Shown here: piece after piece, positions 6,850 through 17,216 of the stretch | How positions within the stretch are numbered: position 1 is the first letter of the stretch | How the letters are laid out: every line of letters begins with the position of its first letter | Assembly (NCBI GenBank): GCA_020057115.1 | Contig: JAGVGJ010000001.1 | Span: forward strand, 12,164 to 76,163 | Reading direction: 5' to 3' | DNA: 64,000 nt | Source of the DNA: Candidatus Omnitrophota bacterium | GTDB taxonomy: Bacteria > Omnitrophota > Gorgyraeia > 2-01-FULL-45-10 | The notes under the pieces: model-generated | What the model was told of the DNA's origin: nothing | Seen by the model: only the letters and a program-made list of their open reading frames with translations | The model's database searches: none | Translations under genes and position numbers: made by a program

Positions 6850-8433
6850 GTGAAGGTAAGGCGCGCGCTTATAAGCGTTTCGGATAAGGCCGGACTTGAA
6901 GAGCTGGTCAAGGCATTGAATAAATTCAATGTCGAGATACTTTCAACGGGCGGGACCGCAAAGGCCATAAGGGCGCTTGATATACCGGTTAAGGATGTTT
7001 CGGAATATACCGGGTTCCCGGAGATGCTTGACGGAAGAGTAAAGACGCTTCATCCCAAGATACACGGCGGCCTATTGGCCCTAAGAGACTCTAAAGAGCA
7101 TATGGATACCGCCAAGAAGCATGATATCGGCATGATCGACATGGTCGTCGTCAATCTGTATCCATTCGAGAAAACCGTGGCAAAGCCAGGAGTGAAGCTC
7201 GAAGAGGCGATAGAGAATATAGATATAGGCGGGCCGTCCATGCTTAGGAGCGCGGCGAAGAATCACCGGTCTGTCTGCGTTATATGCGACCCGGCGGATT
7301 ACGGCAGGGTGATCGAAGAGCTGGAGAGGTCCGGCGGCAGCATGTCGGAAGCTCTTTTGACAGAGCTTGGGATCAAGGTGTTCGGCAGGACCGCAGAATA
7401 TGACGCGGCGATATATAATTATCTCACGAAAAATACGAGCCAGGGGCCAGGGGCCAGGGGCCAGGGTCCAGAAGAATTTCCAGAAGTACTGAGCCTGAGT
7501 TTCAAGAAGCTACAGGACTTAAGATACGGCGAGAATCCGCACCAGAAGGCCGCGTTCTATAGAGATGCCTCCATAAATGAATCGAGCGTAGCCGATTCCG
7601 TCCAGCTCCACGGAAAAGAGCTATCATTCAATAATATAATAGACCTTAATGCCGCGCTTGAGATCGTAAAAGAGTTCGACGAGCCGGCGGCCGCGATAAT
7701 AAAACACACAAACCCCTGCGGCGCAGCGACAGCAAAGACTTTAAAAGAAGCGTATCTCAATGCGCTCGACTGCGACCGCTTGAGCGCTTTTGGGAGCATA
7801 GTAGGGTTCAATAGAACCGTCGACATGGAACTTGCAAAAACGATACTGGAGGAGGCTGATTTCGTCGAATGCATGATCGCCCCGTCCTATGATGTAAAAG
7901 CCATCGAAGCGCTGAAGGTCAAAAAAAACCTGCGGCTTATCGAGGTGAAGAACTTTGCCGCAAAACCGTCCGGAAGCAATAAAGACATGAAGAAAGTCAC
8001 AGGCGGTCTTCTGGTGCAGGACAAGGATGCGGCGAGGATAAAGGAGCCCGATCTCAAGATAGTTACAAAGATCGCTCCCACGAAGGAAGAGATGCGCTCG
8101 CTCCTTTTCGGGTGGACCGTGGCAAAACATGTCAAGTCCAACGCGATAGTATTTTCCCAAGGCACTAAGACCATAGGCGTCGGCGCAGGCCAGATGTCGA
8201 GGGTCGACTCGGTGATGATAGCGGCAAAGAAAGCGGGATCCAGGGCCAAGGGCGCGACGCTGGCAAGCGACGCCTTCTTTCCGAAAGAGGATGGAGTTGA
8301 AGAGGCCGCCAGATCCGGCGTAAAAGCTATCATACAGCCCGGCGGGTCGATACGCGATAAAGAGGTCATCGCCTCAGCCGACAAGCTTGGCCTTGCGATG
8401 GTATTTACCGGCACCAGGCACTTCAAGCATTGA
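6850..8433 (+). CDS. purH: Bifunctional AICAR transformylase / IMP cyclohydrolase
   Basis: 527 aa with MGS-like and AICARFT domains (ISVSDKAGL..., TGGTAKA...). GTG start. Carries an in-frame GC-repeat segment at 7441-7470 (QGPGARGQGP). Confidence 0.95.
   Translation: MKVRRALISVSDKAGLEELVKALNKFNVEILSTGGTAKAIRALDIPVKDVSEYTGFPEMLDGRVKTLHPKIHGGLLALRDSKEHMDTAKKHDIGMIDMVVVNLYPFEKTVAKPGVKLEEAIENIDIGGPSMLRSAAKNHRSVCVICDPADYGRVIEELERSGGSMSEALLTELGIKVFGRTAEYDAAIYNYLTKNTSQGPGARGQGPEEFPEVLSLSFKKLQDLRYGENPHQKAAFYRDASINESSVADSVQLHGKELSFNNIIDLNAALEIVKEFDEPAAAIIKHTNPCGAATAKTLKEAYLNALDCDRLSAFGSIVGFNRTVDMELAKTILEEADFVECMIAPSYDVKAIEALKVKKNLRLIEVKNFAAKPSGSNKDMKKVTGGLLVQDKDAARIKEPDLKIVTKIAPTKEEMRSLLFGWTVAKHVKSNAIVFSQGTKTIGVGAGQMSRVDSVMIAAKKAGSRAKGATLASDAFFPKEDGVEEAARSGVKAIIQPGGSIRDKEVIASADKLGLAMVFTGTRHFKH
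7441..7470. repeat. GC-rich oligo-repeat (GGGGCCAGG x3 + GGGTCCAG) in-frame inside purH
   Basis: caggggccaggggccaggggccagggtccag, encoding a Gly/Pro/Gln-rich inter-domain linker. Confidence 0.8.
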
Positions 8434-9743
8434 TGGACTATCCTCAAGTATTAGCATACCTAGAGTCATTCATCGACCACGAAAAGAATACCTCCTATAA
8501 CTACAATTCTTCTTTTAAGCTCGAAAGGATGATGCGTTTTGCGGCGCTCCTCGGCGATCCGCAGAAAGGCATAAAGAGCATCCATGTCGCAGGCACCAAA
8601 GGCAAGGGCTCGACGGCGGCATTCATCCATTCCATATTGGGAAAGGCCGGATATAGGACAGGCCTCTATACCTCGCCGCATCTATTATCTTTCCGCGAGC
8701 GGATAAGGATAGGAGACTCGCTGATAAGCGAGGATGACATGGCAAGGATGATCGAAGGGATGAGACCAACTATCGATCTTTTAAAAGGCGAACAGCGTCC
8801 AAGTTTCTTCGAGGTCTATACTGCGCTTGCGTATAAATATTTTAGAGAAAAGAATGTAGATTTTGCGGTATATGAGGTCGGCCTGGGAGGAAGGCTCGAT
8901 GCCACTAACATAATAGAGCCTTTGGTATCCGTCATAACGCCTGTAAGTTACGAGCATATGGATAAACTCGGCAGCACATTGTCGCAGATAGCGTCAGAAA
9001 AGGCGGGGATAGTGAAGCATGGGATCCCTTGCGTCTCGGCTCCTCAGGAAAAAGAAGCGCTCGGCACCATCGAAAAGATATGTCAAGAGCGCTCGTCTCC
9101 GCTGGCAGTCGTCGGGAGAGATATAAATTTTAAGGAGATCGGAGCCGACGACACCGGCGAGACATTCAACGTGACAGGTATTGGCGGAAGAAGATATGCC
9201 GGCCTTAAAACATCGCTCATAGGCTCGCATCAGGTGGTGAATGCGGCTACCGCCATCGGAGCCATTGAAATACTGGAGACCTCCGGCATAAAGATCGCTC
9301 AGGATGCAGTAAGAGACGGCGTGGCCGGCGCAAGATGGGACGGGAGGCTTCAGGTGGTGGAAAGAAAGCCGCTTGTAGTATTGGACGGCGCGCAGAACCG
9401 CGCGAGCGCGGCAGTCGTCAGGAATTCAGTAAAGAAGATATTCAAATTCAGGAAACTTGCGCTCATCCTCGGCATATCAAAAGACAAAGATATCCCCGGC
9501 ATACTTGAAGAGCTCTTGCCGATAGCCGACTCCGTAATACTGACGAAATCAAGCGTCAAAGAGAGGGCGGCCGAGCCCGCTTTTATCATGGGGCTTATGG
9601 GCCCGAGGAGCGCTGTCTCTACGTCATCCGTAGAAGAGGCTTTAAAGGTCGCCAGGTCTAATGTATCGCCCGAAGACATGATCCTGGTAGCCGGGTCATT
9701 GTTCGTCGTGGGGGATGCATTAAAATTATTGAGTAAAACATAA
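8430..9743 (+). CDS. folC: Folylpolyglutamate synthase / dihydrofolate synthase
   Basis: 437 aa with the Mur-ligase-type P-loop GTKGKGST. Overlaps the purH stop by 4 nt. Confidence 0.9.
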   Translation: MMDYPQVLAYLESFIDHEKNTSYNYNSSFKLERMMRFAALLGDPQKGIKSIHVAGTKGKGSTAAFIHSILGKAGYRTGLYTSPHLLSFRERIRIGDSLISEDDMARMIEGMRPTIDLLKGEQRPSFFEVYTALAYKYFREKNVDFAVYEVGLGGRLDATNIIEPLVSVITPVSYEHMDKLGSTLSQIASEKAGIVKHGIPCVSAPQEKEALGTIEKICQERSSPLAVVGRDINFKEIGADDTGETFNVTGIGGRRYAGLKTSLIGSHQVVNAATAIGAIEILETSGIKIAQDAVRDGVAGARWDGRLQVVERKPLVVLDGAQNRASAAVVRNSVKKIFKFRKLALILGISKDKDIPGILEELLPIADSVILTKSSVKERAAEPAFIMGLMGPRSAVSTSSVEEALKVARSNVSPEDMILVAGSLFVVGDALKLLSKT

Positions 9744-9744
9744 T

Positions 9745-11181
9745 ATGATCGATCGCAATAATACCGAAGATACTATAGCAGCGATATCGTCTCCTATCGG
9801 CGAGGGCGGGATAGGCATAGTCCGCCTGAGCGGTCCGGGAGCGCGCGATATCGCTGATAAGATATTCCTGTCTAAAATCGGCAAGAAACCGTCGACATTC
9901 AAATCACATACCATGCATTATGGCCATATCGTTTCCACCCCGGACCCCGGACCCCGGCCCCTGGAACCTGGAACCTGGACCCTGGACCCTAAGATCATCG
10001 ACGAAGTCCTCCTGACCGTTATGCGCGCCCCGAAGACATATACGAAAGAGGATATAGTCGAGATAAACTGCCATGGCGGCATCCAGGCGCTCGGAGATGT
10101 CCTGGACCTTTGTATCAAAAGGGGCGCGCGGGTAGCAGAGCCAGGCGAATTCACCAGGAGGGCATTCATTAACGGCAGGATAGACCTGGCGCAGGCGGAG
10201 GCAGTCATCGACACTATACGCGCAAAGACCGAAGGCTCCCTTTCGGTAGCCATGAGCCAGCTCGAAGGCGAGCTTTCAGGAAAAATAAACGCATTGCGGG
10301 ATAAGATCATAGGTATAGCCTCGCACGTCGAAGCATCGATAGATTTTCCGGAAGAAGAGCTGGATTTATTCACTGAAGAGACGCTCAAGAGAGTGGGCGA
10401 GGCATTGGTCGAGCTGAAGGGCCTTATAGACTCATCTCGTGAAGGCATGATATTCAGGGATGGCATCCTCGCAGTGATATGCGGCAAGCCCAATGCCGGC
10501 AAATCTAGCCTCATGAACCTCCTTCTTAAAAGGGACAGGGTGATAGTGACCCCGATACCGGGGACTACGCGCGATGCCGTGGAGGAGATGATAAATTTAA
10601 AAGGCATACCGATAAGGCTTGTCGATACCGCAGGGATAGCTGACACCAAAGATGTCATTGAAAAAGAAGGCATGAGGCGATCTAAAAACTATCTCGACAG
10701 GTCTGACGTCGCGCTTCTGGTGTTGGATGGCTCGACTGAGCTGGACAGGGAGGACCTGGATATAATAAAATTGGTAGAGAAAAAGAAAAAAGTTGTTATA
10801 ATAAACAAGACAGACCTGTCTCCCGCAATAAGTGCAAAAGATGTGAAGGCGTATTTTAAGGACGAGCATATAATCGAGATATCTGTCGAAAAGAGAAAGA
10901 ATATAGACGTCCTTGAAAAAGCGATCGTGGATCTGGTGTGGAGCGGCCGCGTCCATGATAAAGAGCATGCGATAGTCGCAAATACAAGGCATAAGGCGCT
11001 CATCGAAAAGGCCTATAATAATATGGGCGCCGTCAAAAAGGCGATGGATAAAGGCTCCTGGCCGGAACTTGTTTCGATAGACCTCAAAGAAGCGGTCTTT
11101 AACCTTGGTCTGGTGGTCGGGAAATCAGTGTCGGACGATATATTGAATAAGATATTCGAACAATTCTGCATAGGAAAGTAG
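9745..11181 (+). CDS. mnmE: tRNA modification GTPase MnmE/TrmE
   Basis: 478 aa with G-domain GKPNAGKSSL and C-terminal CIGK. In-frame GC-repeat segment at 9947-9990 (PDPGPRPLEPGTWTLDP). Confidence 0.9.
   Translation: MIDRNNTEDTIAAISSPIGEGGIGIVRLSGPGARDIADKIFLSKIGKKPSTFKSHTMHYGHIVSTPDPGPRPLEPGTWTLDPKIIDEVLLTVMRAPKTYTKEDIVEINCHGGIQALGDVLDLCIKRGARVAEPGEFTRRAFINGRIDLAQAEAVIDTIRAKTEGSLSVAMSQLEGELSGKINALRDKIIGIASHVEASIDFPEEELDLFTEETLKRVGEALVELKGLIDSSREGMIFRDGILAVICGKPNAGKSSLMNLLLKRDRVIVTPIPGTTRDAVEEMINLKGIPIRLVDTAGIADTKDVIEKEGMRRSKNYLDRSDVALLVLDGSTELDREDLDIIKLVEKKKKVVIINKTDLSPAISAKDVKAYFKDEHIIEISVEKRKNIDVLEKAIVDLVWSGRVHDKEHAIVANTRHKALIEKAYNNMGAVKKAMDKGSWPELVSIDLKEAVFNLGLVVGKSVSDDILNKIFEQFCIGK
9947..9990. 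repeat. GC-rich oligo-repeat (opposite orientation: CCGGACCCC / CCTGGACCC units) in-frame inside mnmE
   Basis: ccccggaccccggaccccggcccctggaacctggaacctggaccctggaccct. Confidence 0.8.
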
Positions 11182-11190
11182 AGGAGAGCC

Positions 11191-11748
11191 ATGGATAAGC
11201 CGAAGATAGAAAAGGCCGTAAGGGACATATTGATAGCCGTCGGCGAGGACCCGAAACGGCATGACATAAAGGATACGCCCAGGCGCGTTGCCGAGATGTA
11301 TGAGGAGATCCTCGGAGGCAAGAAGATAAATCCAGAGAAAGAGCTTGAGGTGGTATTCGAGAAAGACCATGACGAGATAATACTCTTAAAGAACATACCG
11401 CTCTATTCCGTATGCGAGCACCACCTGCTTCCATTCATCGGGAAGGCGCATGTCGCTTATATCCCCAAAGACAACAGGGTGACGGGCTTGAGCAAGCTCG
11501 CAAGAGTGGTAGACGCCTATTCAAGGCGCCTGCAGGTCCAGGAGCGCCTTACTACCGATATAGCGGAACTTATCATGAGAAAGCTTAAGCCGGCGGGGGT
11601 CCTCGTGGTGATCGAGGCAGAGCATCTGTGCATGTCTATGCGCGGGGTGAAGAAACCCGGGGTTGTCACGATAACGAGCGCTGTCCGCGGCGTCTTCAGG
11701 AAGAATGAGAAGACCCGGTCAGAGGCGCTCGCCCTGATAAGAGGGTAG
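11191..11748 (+). CDS. folE: GTP cyclohydrolase I
   Basis: 185 aa with the CEHHLLPF motif. Confidence 0.9.
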   Translation: MDKPKIEKAVRDILIAVGEDPKRHDIKDTPRRVAEMYEEILGGKKINPEKELEVVFEKDHDEIILLKNIPLYSVCEHHLLPFIGKAHVAYIPKDNRVTGLSKLARVVDAYSRRLQVQERLTTDIAELIMRKLKPAGVLVVIEAEHLCMSMRGVKKPGVVTITSAVRGVFRKNEKTRSEALALIRG

Positions 11749-11815
11749 TCTTAAAGCTTCCGCTATTAGTATTGAATAATCTACAATATTATAATATAAT
11801 ACAAAACTACCCTAT

Positions 11816-12274
11816 ATGAACAAAAATGTCAATTATTTGATAGATTTACTCAATAACGGCATATTCTGGACATCCTTTGCTTCCTGGCTGATAGCGCAGT
11901 CGATAAAGGTCGTGCTGGGCTGTTTCAGGGAGAAACGTTTCAATTTCCGGTGGTTTGTCGGGACCGGAGGGATGCCCAGCGCGCATGCGGCAGGCGTTTC
12001 GGCGCTAGCCACTTCCGTAGGCGTGACATTCGGTCTTGATTCGGCTCTATTCGCCATAACGCTCATATTTGCTTCTATAGTCATGTTCGACGCCCAGGGT
12101 GTCAGGCTTAATGCCGGCAAGCAGGCGGAGATCCTGAACAAGATGCTCGATGACATATACTGGAAGAAGAAGCTCGATGAAGATAAGCTGAAAGAGTTCC
12201 TCGGGCATACGCCTATCGAAGTATGGGCCGGCACTGTCCTCGGCATAATGGTTTCGCTCCTTCTCTATAAATAA
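11816..12274 (+). CDS. Divergent PAP2-family membrane protein (YuiD/DUF212-like)
   Basis: 152 aa with PSAHAAG and GVRLNAGKQAEILN-type motifs. Sigma70-like promoter TTGAAT-17-TATAAT upstream at about 11772-11800. Confidence 0.6.
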   Translation: MNKNVNYLIDLLNNGIFWTSFASWLIAQSIKVVLGCFREKRFNFRWFVGTGGMPSAHAAGVSALATSVGVTFGLDSALFAITLIFASIVMFDAQGVRLNAGKQAEILNKMLDDIYWKKKLDEDKLKEFLGHTPIEVWAGTVLGIMVSLLLYK

Positions 12275-12286
12275 GGGACTTAAAGC

Positions 12287-13165
12287 TTGATCGGAAAGAG
12301 AATAGTAATATTGGTTATCGGCATTGCGGCCGCAGCGCTCATTGTCTTTGCAGCTTATCAGATCTTTGCGAGTCTTAAAGGCCTGCCAAAAGTGGCGATG
12401 GGAGATGACCAGAAGGCGGTGGCTAGCCTGCGGGAGATAGCTGAAAGAGATCCCGGCTCCCGCAAGGCAGAGAAGGCTCTGTGCAGGCTGGCGTCCATAT
12501 ATGAGAGACGCGGTAATCTGGTCGGTGCCAGGGACGTCTACCAGAAGCTGATCGACATATACCCGGATTCGAAGGATGTAGCGAAGGCCGAAGCCAGGCG
12601 CGCGGAGCTCAATATCAAGCTACTCTTTTCTCCGCTGCTTACGGATGACTCTATAGAATATAATATCCAGCGCGGAGATACGCTCAGCAAGATAGCTCGG
12701 CGTTTCGGAACGACGGTCGACCTGATAGTAAGGGCGAATGGCCTCACCAGCACCAATATCATGGCTGGCCACCCCCTGAAGGTCCAGAAGGCCAGGATGA
12801 GCATCCTGGTGGACAAGTCCCAGAACACGCTGACGCTGAAGACAGACAACAGGATCATAAAGACATACAGGGTGTCAACGGGGGCCAATAATTCAACTCC
12901 TGTCGGGACATTTAAGATCACCGATAAGCTGAAGGACCCGGTGTGGTATACCACCGGCGCCGTGGTCCCGCCGGGAAGCCCGAAGAACATACTCGGGACA
13001 AGGTGGCTCGGCATATCGAAAGAGAGCTACGGCATACACGGCACTACGGACCCCGGAGCTATAGGAAAGAGCGTCACTTCGGGTTGCGTCAGGATGACCA
13101 ATCCCGAAGCCGAGGAGCTCTATGTCATAGTGCCCGAGGGGATGGAAGTAGTCATAGTAGATTAG
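12287..13165 (+). CDS. LysM-domain L,D-transpeptidase (YkuD family) with an N-terminal TM anchor and a TPR-like segment
   Basis: LysM motif YNIQRGDTLSKIARRFG and catalytic HGT...SGCVRM. TTG start. Confidence 0.75.
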   Translation: MIGKRIVILVIGIAAAALIVFAAYQIFASLKGLPKVAMGDDQKAVASLREIAERDPGSRKAEKALCRLASIYERRGNLVGARDVYQKLIDIYPDSKDVAKAEARRAELNIKLLFSPLLTDDSIEYNIQRGDTLSKIARRFGTTVDLIVRANGLTSTNIMAGHPLKVQKARMSILVDKSQNTLTLKTDNRIIKTYRVSTGANNSTPVGTFKITDKLKDPVWYTTGAVVPPGSPKNILGTRWLGISKESYGIHGTTDPGAIGKSVTSGCVRMTNPEAEELYVIVPEGMEVVIVD

Positions 13166-13186
13166 CATATTTAACGGAGCATATCG

Positions 13187-14146
13187 ATGGCGAACATGAT
13201 AGGGTTGGATTTCGAAAAACCCATAGTTGAACTCGAGAGAAAGATAGAAGAGCTAAGAGGCCTCGGAGTCGACCAGGAGATAGATCTTTCCGGAGAGATA
13301 AAGAGGCTTGAGAATAAGCTCGAGAACATAAAAAAAGATGTCTACGATACCCTGACCCCGTGGCAGCGCGTTCAGATAGCGCGTCACCCGAAGAGGCCGT
13401 ACACCCTGGATTACATAGAGATGATGATGACGGACTTTATGGAGATACACGGCGACAGGCATTTCGGAGACGATAAGGCCATCATCTGCGGTCTGGCCAA
13501 GATAGGCAATGAGAAGGTGGTGGTCATAGGCCACCAGAAGGGCAGGGACACCAAAGAGAACCTGATAAGATCGTTCGGCAGCGCGCATCCGGAAGGATAC
13601 AGGAAGGCCATGCGCATCATGAGGATGGCCGAGAAGTATGAGCTGCCCGTGATAGTCTTCATCGATACGCCGGGGGCATATCCGGGCATAGGAGCCGAAG
13701 AACGCGGCCAGGCTGAGGCGATAGCGTATAACCTGCGCGAGATGTCCACGATAAAGACCCCGATAATATGTTTCGTCATAGGCGAGGGCGGTTCGGGGGG
13801 CGCTCTCGGCATAGGGATCGGCGACAAGATATATGTCCTCGATAACGCTTACTATTCCGTCATCTCTCCCGAAGGTTGCGCGGCCATCCTCTGGAAAGAG
13901 CGGTCGAGGTCTCCAGACGCCGCCAAGTCGCTTAAACTTACCGCCAAAGATCTTTTAGAGCTTAAATTGATAGACGGCATAATAAAAGAGCCGCTTGGCG
14001 GGGCGCACAGGAACCCGCAGGAGACAGCCGAGAACATAAAGGCCGCCATCAAAAAAGAACTTGCTTCTTTTAAGAGCGTAGGTAAAGACAAACTGATAGA
14101 GTCAAGATATGATAAATTTAGGTCGATCGGGGTTTTTAAAGAATAA
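13187..14146 (+). CDS. accA: Acetyl-CoA carboxylase carboxyltransferase alpha subunit
   Basis: 319 aa. [11 protein letters not shown]... N-terminus with IDTPGAYPG and GGALG motifs. Confidence 0.9.
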   Translation: MANMIGLDFEKPIVELERKIEELRGLGVDQEIDLSGEIKRLENKLENIKKDVYDTLTPWQRVQIARHPKRPYTLDYIEMMMTDFMEIHGDRHFGDDKAIICGLAKIGNEKVVVIGHQKGRDTKENLIRSFGSAHPEGYRKAMRIMRMAEKYELPVIVFIDTPGAYPGIGAEERGQAEAIAYNLREMSTIKTPIICFVIGEGGSGGALGIGIGDKIYVLDNAYYSVISPEGCAAILWKERSRSPDAAKSLKLTAKDLLELKLIDGIIKEPLGGAHRNPQETAENIKAAIKKELASFKSVGKDKLIESRYDKFRSIGVFKE

Positions 14147-14558
14147 TAAAGACAGGGCTGGGGCGATAATCATAAAGATCCCAAGCGAGATAAAGTTATT
14201 GAGGAACGTATCGTCCGAGATACTGGAGAGCCTTGCGCCTTATAAGATGGAAGACGCGGCGCTTTTCGATATCAGGCTGTGTATCGAGGAGGCTGTCAGG
14301 AATGCCATCGTCCACGGCAATAATTGCGACAAGAACCGTGACGTGGAGGTCTCTTACGTGGTCGAGCACGATAAGCTCATAATAGAAGTTGCCGACCAGG
14401 GGAAAGGGTTCGACCATAAGCATCTGCCGGATCCCACGGTAGAGGATAATATTACCAGAAATAACGGGCGCGGAGTCTACCTGATAAAGCGCCTTATGGA
14501 TATAGTTGAATATAATGAAAGCGGGAACAGGCTAAAGATGGTAAAATATCTCAAGTGA
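14109..14558 (+). CDS. Anti-sigma factor / serine protein kinase of a partner-switching module (RsbW/SpoIIAB-like HATPase)
   Basis: N-box NAIVHG and G-box ADQGKGF. The only in-frame ATG overlaps accA by 38 nt, so the exact start is uncertain. Confidence 0.7.
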   Translation: MINLGRSGFLKNNKDRAGAIIIKIPSEIKLLRNVSSEILESLAPYKMEDAALFDIRLCIEEAVRNAIVHGNNCDKNRDVEVSYVVEHDKLIIEVADQGKGFDHKHLPDPTVEDNITRNNGRGVYLIKRLMDIVEYNESGNRLKMVKYLK

Positions 14559-14578
14559 TAACCTAAAGGGAGACGACC

Positions 14579-14914
14579 ATGGCGGTAAAGACTGAGCAGA
14601 AGAACGGATTGGCTGTATGCCATGTCGAGGGCGAGATCGACATAAATACGGCCCCTGACATAAAGAAGGCTTTCGATAAGCTGATAGGGAAGAAGGAGCC
14701 GCGGGTGGTGATAAATCTCGCAAAGGTGACCTATGTCGATTCGTCCGGCCTCGCGACCCTTGTAGAGATCCTGAAGAACATGAGGTCTTACGGCGGCAAG
14801 ATGAAGCTTTCTAACATGTCCCCGAAGATAAAGAGCCTTTTCGAGATAACGAAACTCGAAAAGCTCTTTGACATAGCCGTAAGCGAAGAAGACGCCATTT
14901 CAAAATTCGTATAA
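14579..14914 (+). CDS. Anti-sigma factor antagonist (STAS domain, RsbV/SpoIIAA-like)
   Basis: 111 aa with VDSSGLATLV and the phosphorylatable Ser region. Confidence 0.75.
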   Translation: MAVKTEQKNGLAVCHVEGEIDINTAPDIKKAFDKLIGKKEPRVVINLAKVTYVDSSGLATLVEILKNMRSYGGKMKLSNMSPKIKSLFEITKLEKLFDIAVSEEDAISKFV

Positions 14915-14929
14915 GGAAATGACCATATA

Positions 14930-15724
14930 ATGGACTTTATCGAAAACATAGGAAGGACAGTACTTGACACCTTCAGGGCCACAAGGGATGTCATGGCGCT
15001 GTTATTCGAAACTCTATACTGGCTCGTCATGGGGCCCTTCAAGAAAAAATTCTCCAAGCGCGAAGGCATATTCACTCAGATGGCATATGCCGGCGTAGAT
15101 TCGGTCATCATCGCCTTCTTCGTCTCATTCTTCACCGGGGTCGTCATAGCCATGCAGTCCGCTTACCAGCTCCAGAGGTTTGGCGCAAACATCTACGTGG
15201 CGCCGATGGTCGCTATAAGCATCGCAAGGGAGCTCGGGCCCGTATTGACGTCGCTTGTCGTCGCAGGAAGGGTCGGGGCAGCTATCACCGCAGAGCTCGG
15301 GACCATGAAGGTCTCCGAGCAGATAGAGGCGCTCGATACGATGGCGCTTAATCCTATAAGGTTCCTCGTAGTGCCGCGTTTTCTGGCGCTCTTGATCATG
15401 CTTCCGTGTCTTGTCATGTTCTCGGACCTCATGGGAATAATGGGAGGATTTTTGGTAGGCGTTTTTAACCTTCGCCTTAATCCATACAGGTATATCACAT
15501 TCTCTTTCCAATTCATGGTCTGGAAGGATGTCTGGACAGGCCTCGTGAAGAGCGCGGTCTTCGCCATGATAATAACTATGGTCGGATGCTATATGGGGCT
15601 TAAGACTAAGGGCGGGGCGGAGGGCGTCGGCAAATCAACGACAGCGAGCGTCGTCACAAGTTTCATATTGATAATATTGTTTGATTCGATATTGACGTGC
15701 GTGTTCTATTTCTTCAATACATAA
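14930..15724 (+). CDS. mlaE: Mla (phospholipid ABC transporter) permease
   Basis: 264-aa multi-TM MlaE family. A 76%-similar paralog lies at 63068-63853. Confidence 0.85.
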   Translation: MDFIENIGRTVLDTFRATRDVMALLFETLYWLVMGPFKKKFSKREGIFTQMAYAGVDSVIIAFFVSFFTGVVIAMQSAYQLQRFGANIYVAPMVAISIARELGPVLTSLVVAGRVGAAITAELGTMKVSEQIEALDTMALNPIRFLVVPRFLALLIMLPCLVMFSDLMGIMGGFLVGVFNLRLNPYRYITFSFQFMVWKDVWTGLVKSAVFAMIITMVGCYMGLKTKGGAEGVGKSTTASVVTSFILIILFDSILTCVFYFFNT

Positions 15725-15729
15725 TAATA

Positions 15730-15759
15730 GGGTCCAGGGGCCAGGGTCAAGGGTCCAGG
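15730..15759. repeat. GC-rich oligo-repeat, intergenic between mlaE and mlaF
   Basis: gggtccaggggccagggtcaagggtccagg. Confidence 0.8.
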
Positions 15760-15769
15760 ATGGAGCGAG

Positions 15770-16567
15770 ATGGAGAAGGAAGTCGTAATAAAAGCGAGTA
15801 ATGTAAAGAAGAAGTTCGGGGACAGGGCTATCCTTAACGGCATATCGCTTGAGATATACAGAGGCGAGACATTCGTCATAATGGGCGGTTCGGGCTGCGG
15901 GAAGTCGACGTTCCTGCGCCATGTGATCGGCGCGCTTAAGCCTGATTCCGGGTCCATACACCTCTTAGGTAAAGATATAAGCAAGCTAAACGAAGACGAT
16001 CTCGATAAAGTGAAGAAGCGCATAGGCATGTGTTTTCAGTCCTCGGCCCTGTTCGACTCGATGACGGTAGGCGAGAACGTAGCCCTCGCCTTAAAAGAAC
16101 ATACAAAGCTCGACAAGTCCGTTATAGATATAGTGGTCAAGATGAAGCTTGAGATGGTGGGCTTGAGGGGTTTCGAGGACTTGATGCCGAGCCAGCTTTC
16201 CGGAGGCATGAGAAAGAGGGTGGGCCTGGCGCGCGCGATAGCCATGGACCCGGAGATAGTCTTCTATGACGAGCCTACGGCGGGGCTTGATCCGATAGTC
16301 GCCGGGGTCATCGACAAACTCATAATTGACCTTTCGAAGAAGCTTGCGATAACGAGCGTCGTCGTGACGCATGACATGAAGAGCGTGTTTTCGATAGCCG
16401 ACAGGGTCGCGATGCTTTACGAAGGCAAGGTCCTCGAGGTGGGGACGCCTGCCGAGATAAAGGCGTCGAAGAACGCCATGGTACAGCAGTTCGTGAACGG
16501 CTCGCCTGACGGGCCGATAAGGTTCTTCCAGCAGAAGGACGATTACATAGAGCAGTTGCTTAAATAG
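15770..16567 (+). CDS. mlaF: Mla ABC transporter ATP-binding protein
   Basis: Walker A GGSGCGKST, signature LSGGMRKR and Walker B. Confidence 0.85.
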   Translation: MEKEVVIKASNVKKKFGDRAILNGISLEIYRGETFVIMGGSGCGKSTFLRHVIGALKPDSGSIHLLGKDISKLNEDDLDKVKKRIGMCFQSSALFDSMTVGENVALALKEHTKLDKSVIDIVVKMKLEMVGLRGFEDLMPSQLSGGMRKRVGLARAIAMDPEIVFYDEPTAGLDPIVAGVIDKLIIDLSKKLAITSVVVTHDMKSVFSIADRVAMLYEGKVLEVGTPAEIKASKNAMVQQFVNGSPDGPIRFFQQKDDYIEQLLK

Positions 16568-16587
16568 AAAACCCAAGGAGAATATCT

Positions 16588-17205
16588 ATGAAGATTACCA
16601 ATGAGCTTAAGACCGGCGCGGTGGTAGTGGCTGCCGTACTGGTCGGGGTGCTGTTCTGGTTCAAGACCGCGAACTTCAGCGCAAAACCCTATCGTGTTAA
16701 GACGTATTTCAATTTTGCAGACGGGATAAAACTGAACACCATCGTGAAGCTTTCGGGCGTTGACGCCGGGAGGGTGGAGAACATAAAGTTTAACTATGAT
16801 CCTGAGACCCGAGTAGAGTTGACGCTTTTGGTGGAAAAGGAAGCAAGGATCCACGAAGATTCCATAGCATACATCGCTACTTCCGGCCTTGTGGGAGATA
16901 CATATGTTGGGCTCACCCCGGGCTCGGCCGATAAGCCGTTCGTAAAACCCGGATCATCGGTCGGAAGCGAAGACCCGATAGAGATGCGCAAACTTATGAA
17001 GAAGGCCGAGGCGATAGCCGATAATCTGGATAAGACGCTTATAGAGGTAAGGGAGCTTGCCGGCGGCCTCGGTGGGGTCGTCAAGGACAATAGGCCGCGC
17101 GTGGATAATATAGCCGTGAACCTCGAGCAGACGGCGATCAATTTTAAAGAGTTCAGCGACGATCTTAAGAAGCATCCCTGGAAACTGCTTTCAAAAGGCA
17201 AATAG
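16588..17205 (+). CDS. mlaD: MCE-domain substrate-binding protein
   Basis: 205 aa with an N-terminal TM and an MCE fold region. Confidence 0.75.
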   Translation: MKITNELKTGAVVVAAVLVGVLFWFKTANFSAKPYRVKTYFNFADGIKLNTIVKLSGVDAGRVENIKFNYDPETRVELTLLVEKEARIHEDSIAYIATSGLVGDTYVGLTPGSADKPFVKPGSSVGSEDPIEMRKLMKKAEAIADNLDKTLIEVRELAGGLGGVVKDNRPRVDNIAVNLEQTAINFKEFSDDLKKHPWKLLSKGK

Positions 17206-17216
17206 CCCTTTTAAAG

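Noticed and set aside
9918-10673. Long minus-strand ORFs (9918-10673; also 3016-3525, 7887-8447, 29011-29667, 59623-60606, 37009-37623)
   Set aside because: Antisense shadows of well-supported plus-strand genes (mnmE, nrdJ, purH, holA, clpC, secA/lnt). Biased low-complexity composition and no motifs.
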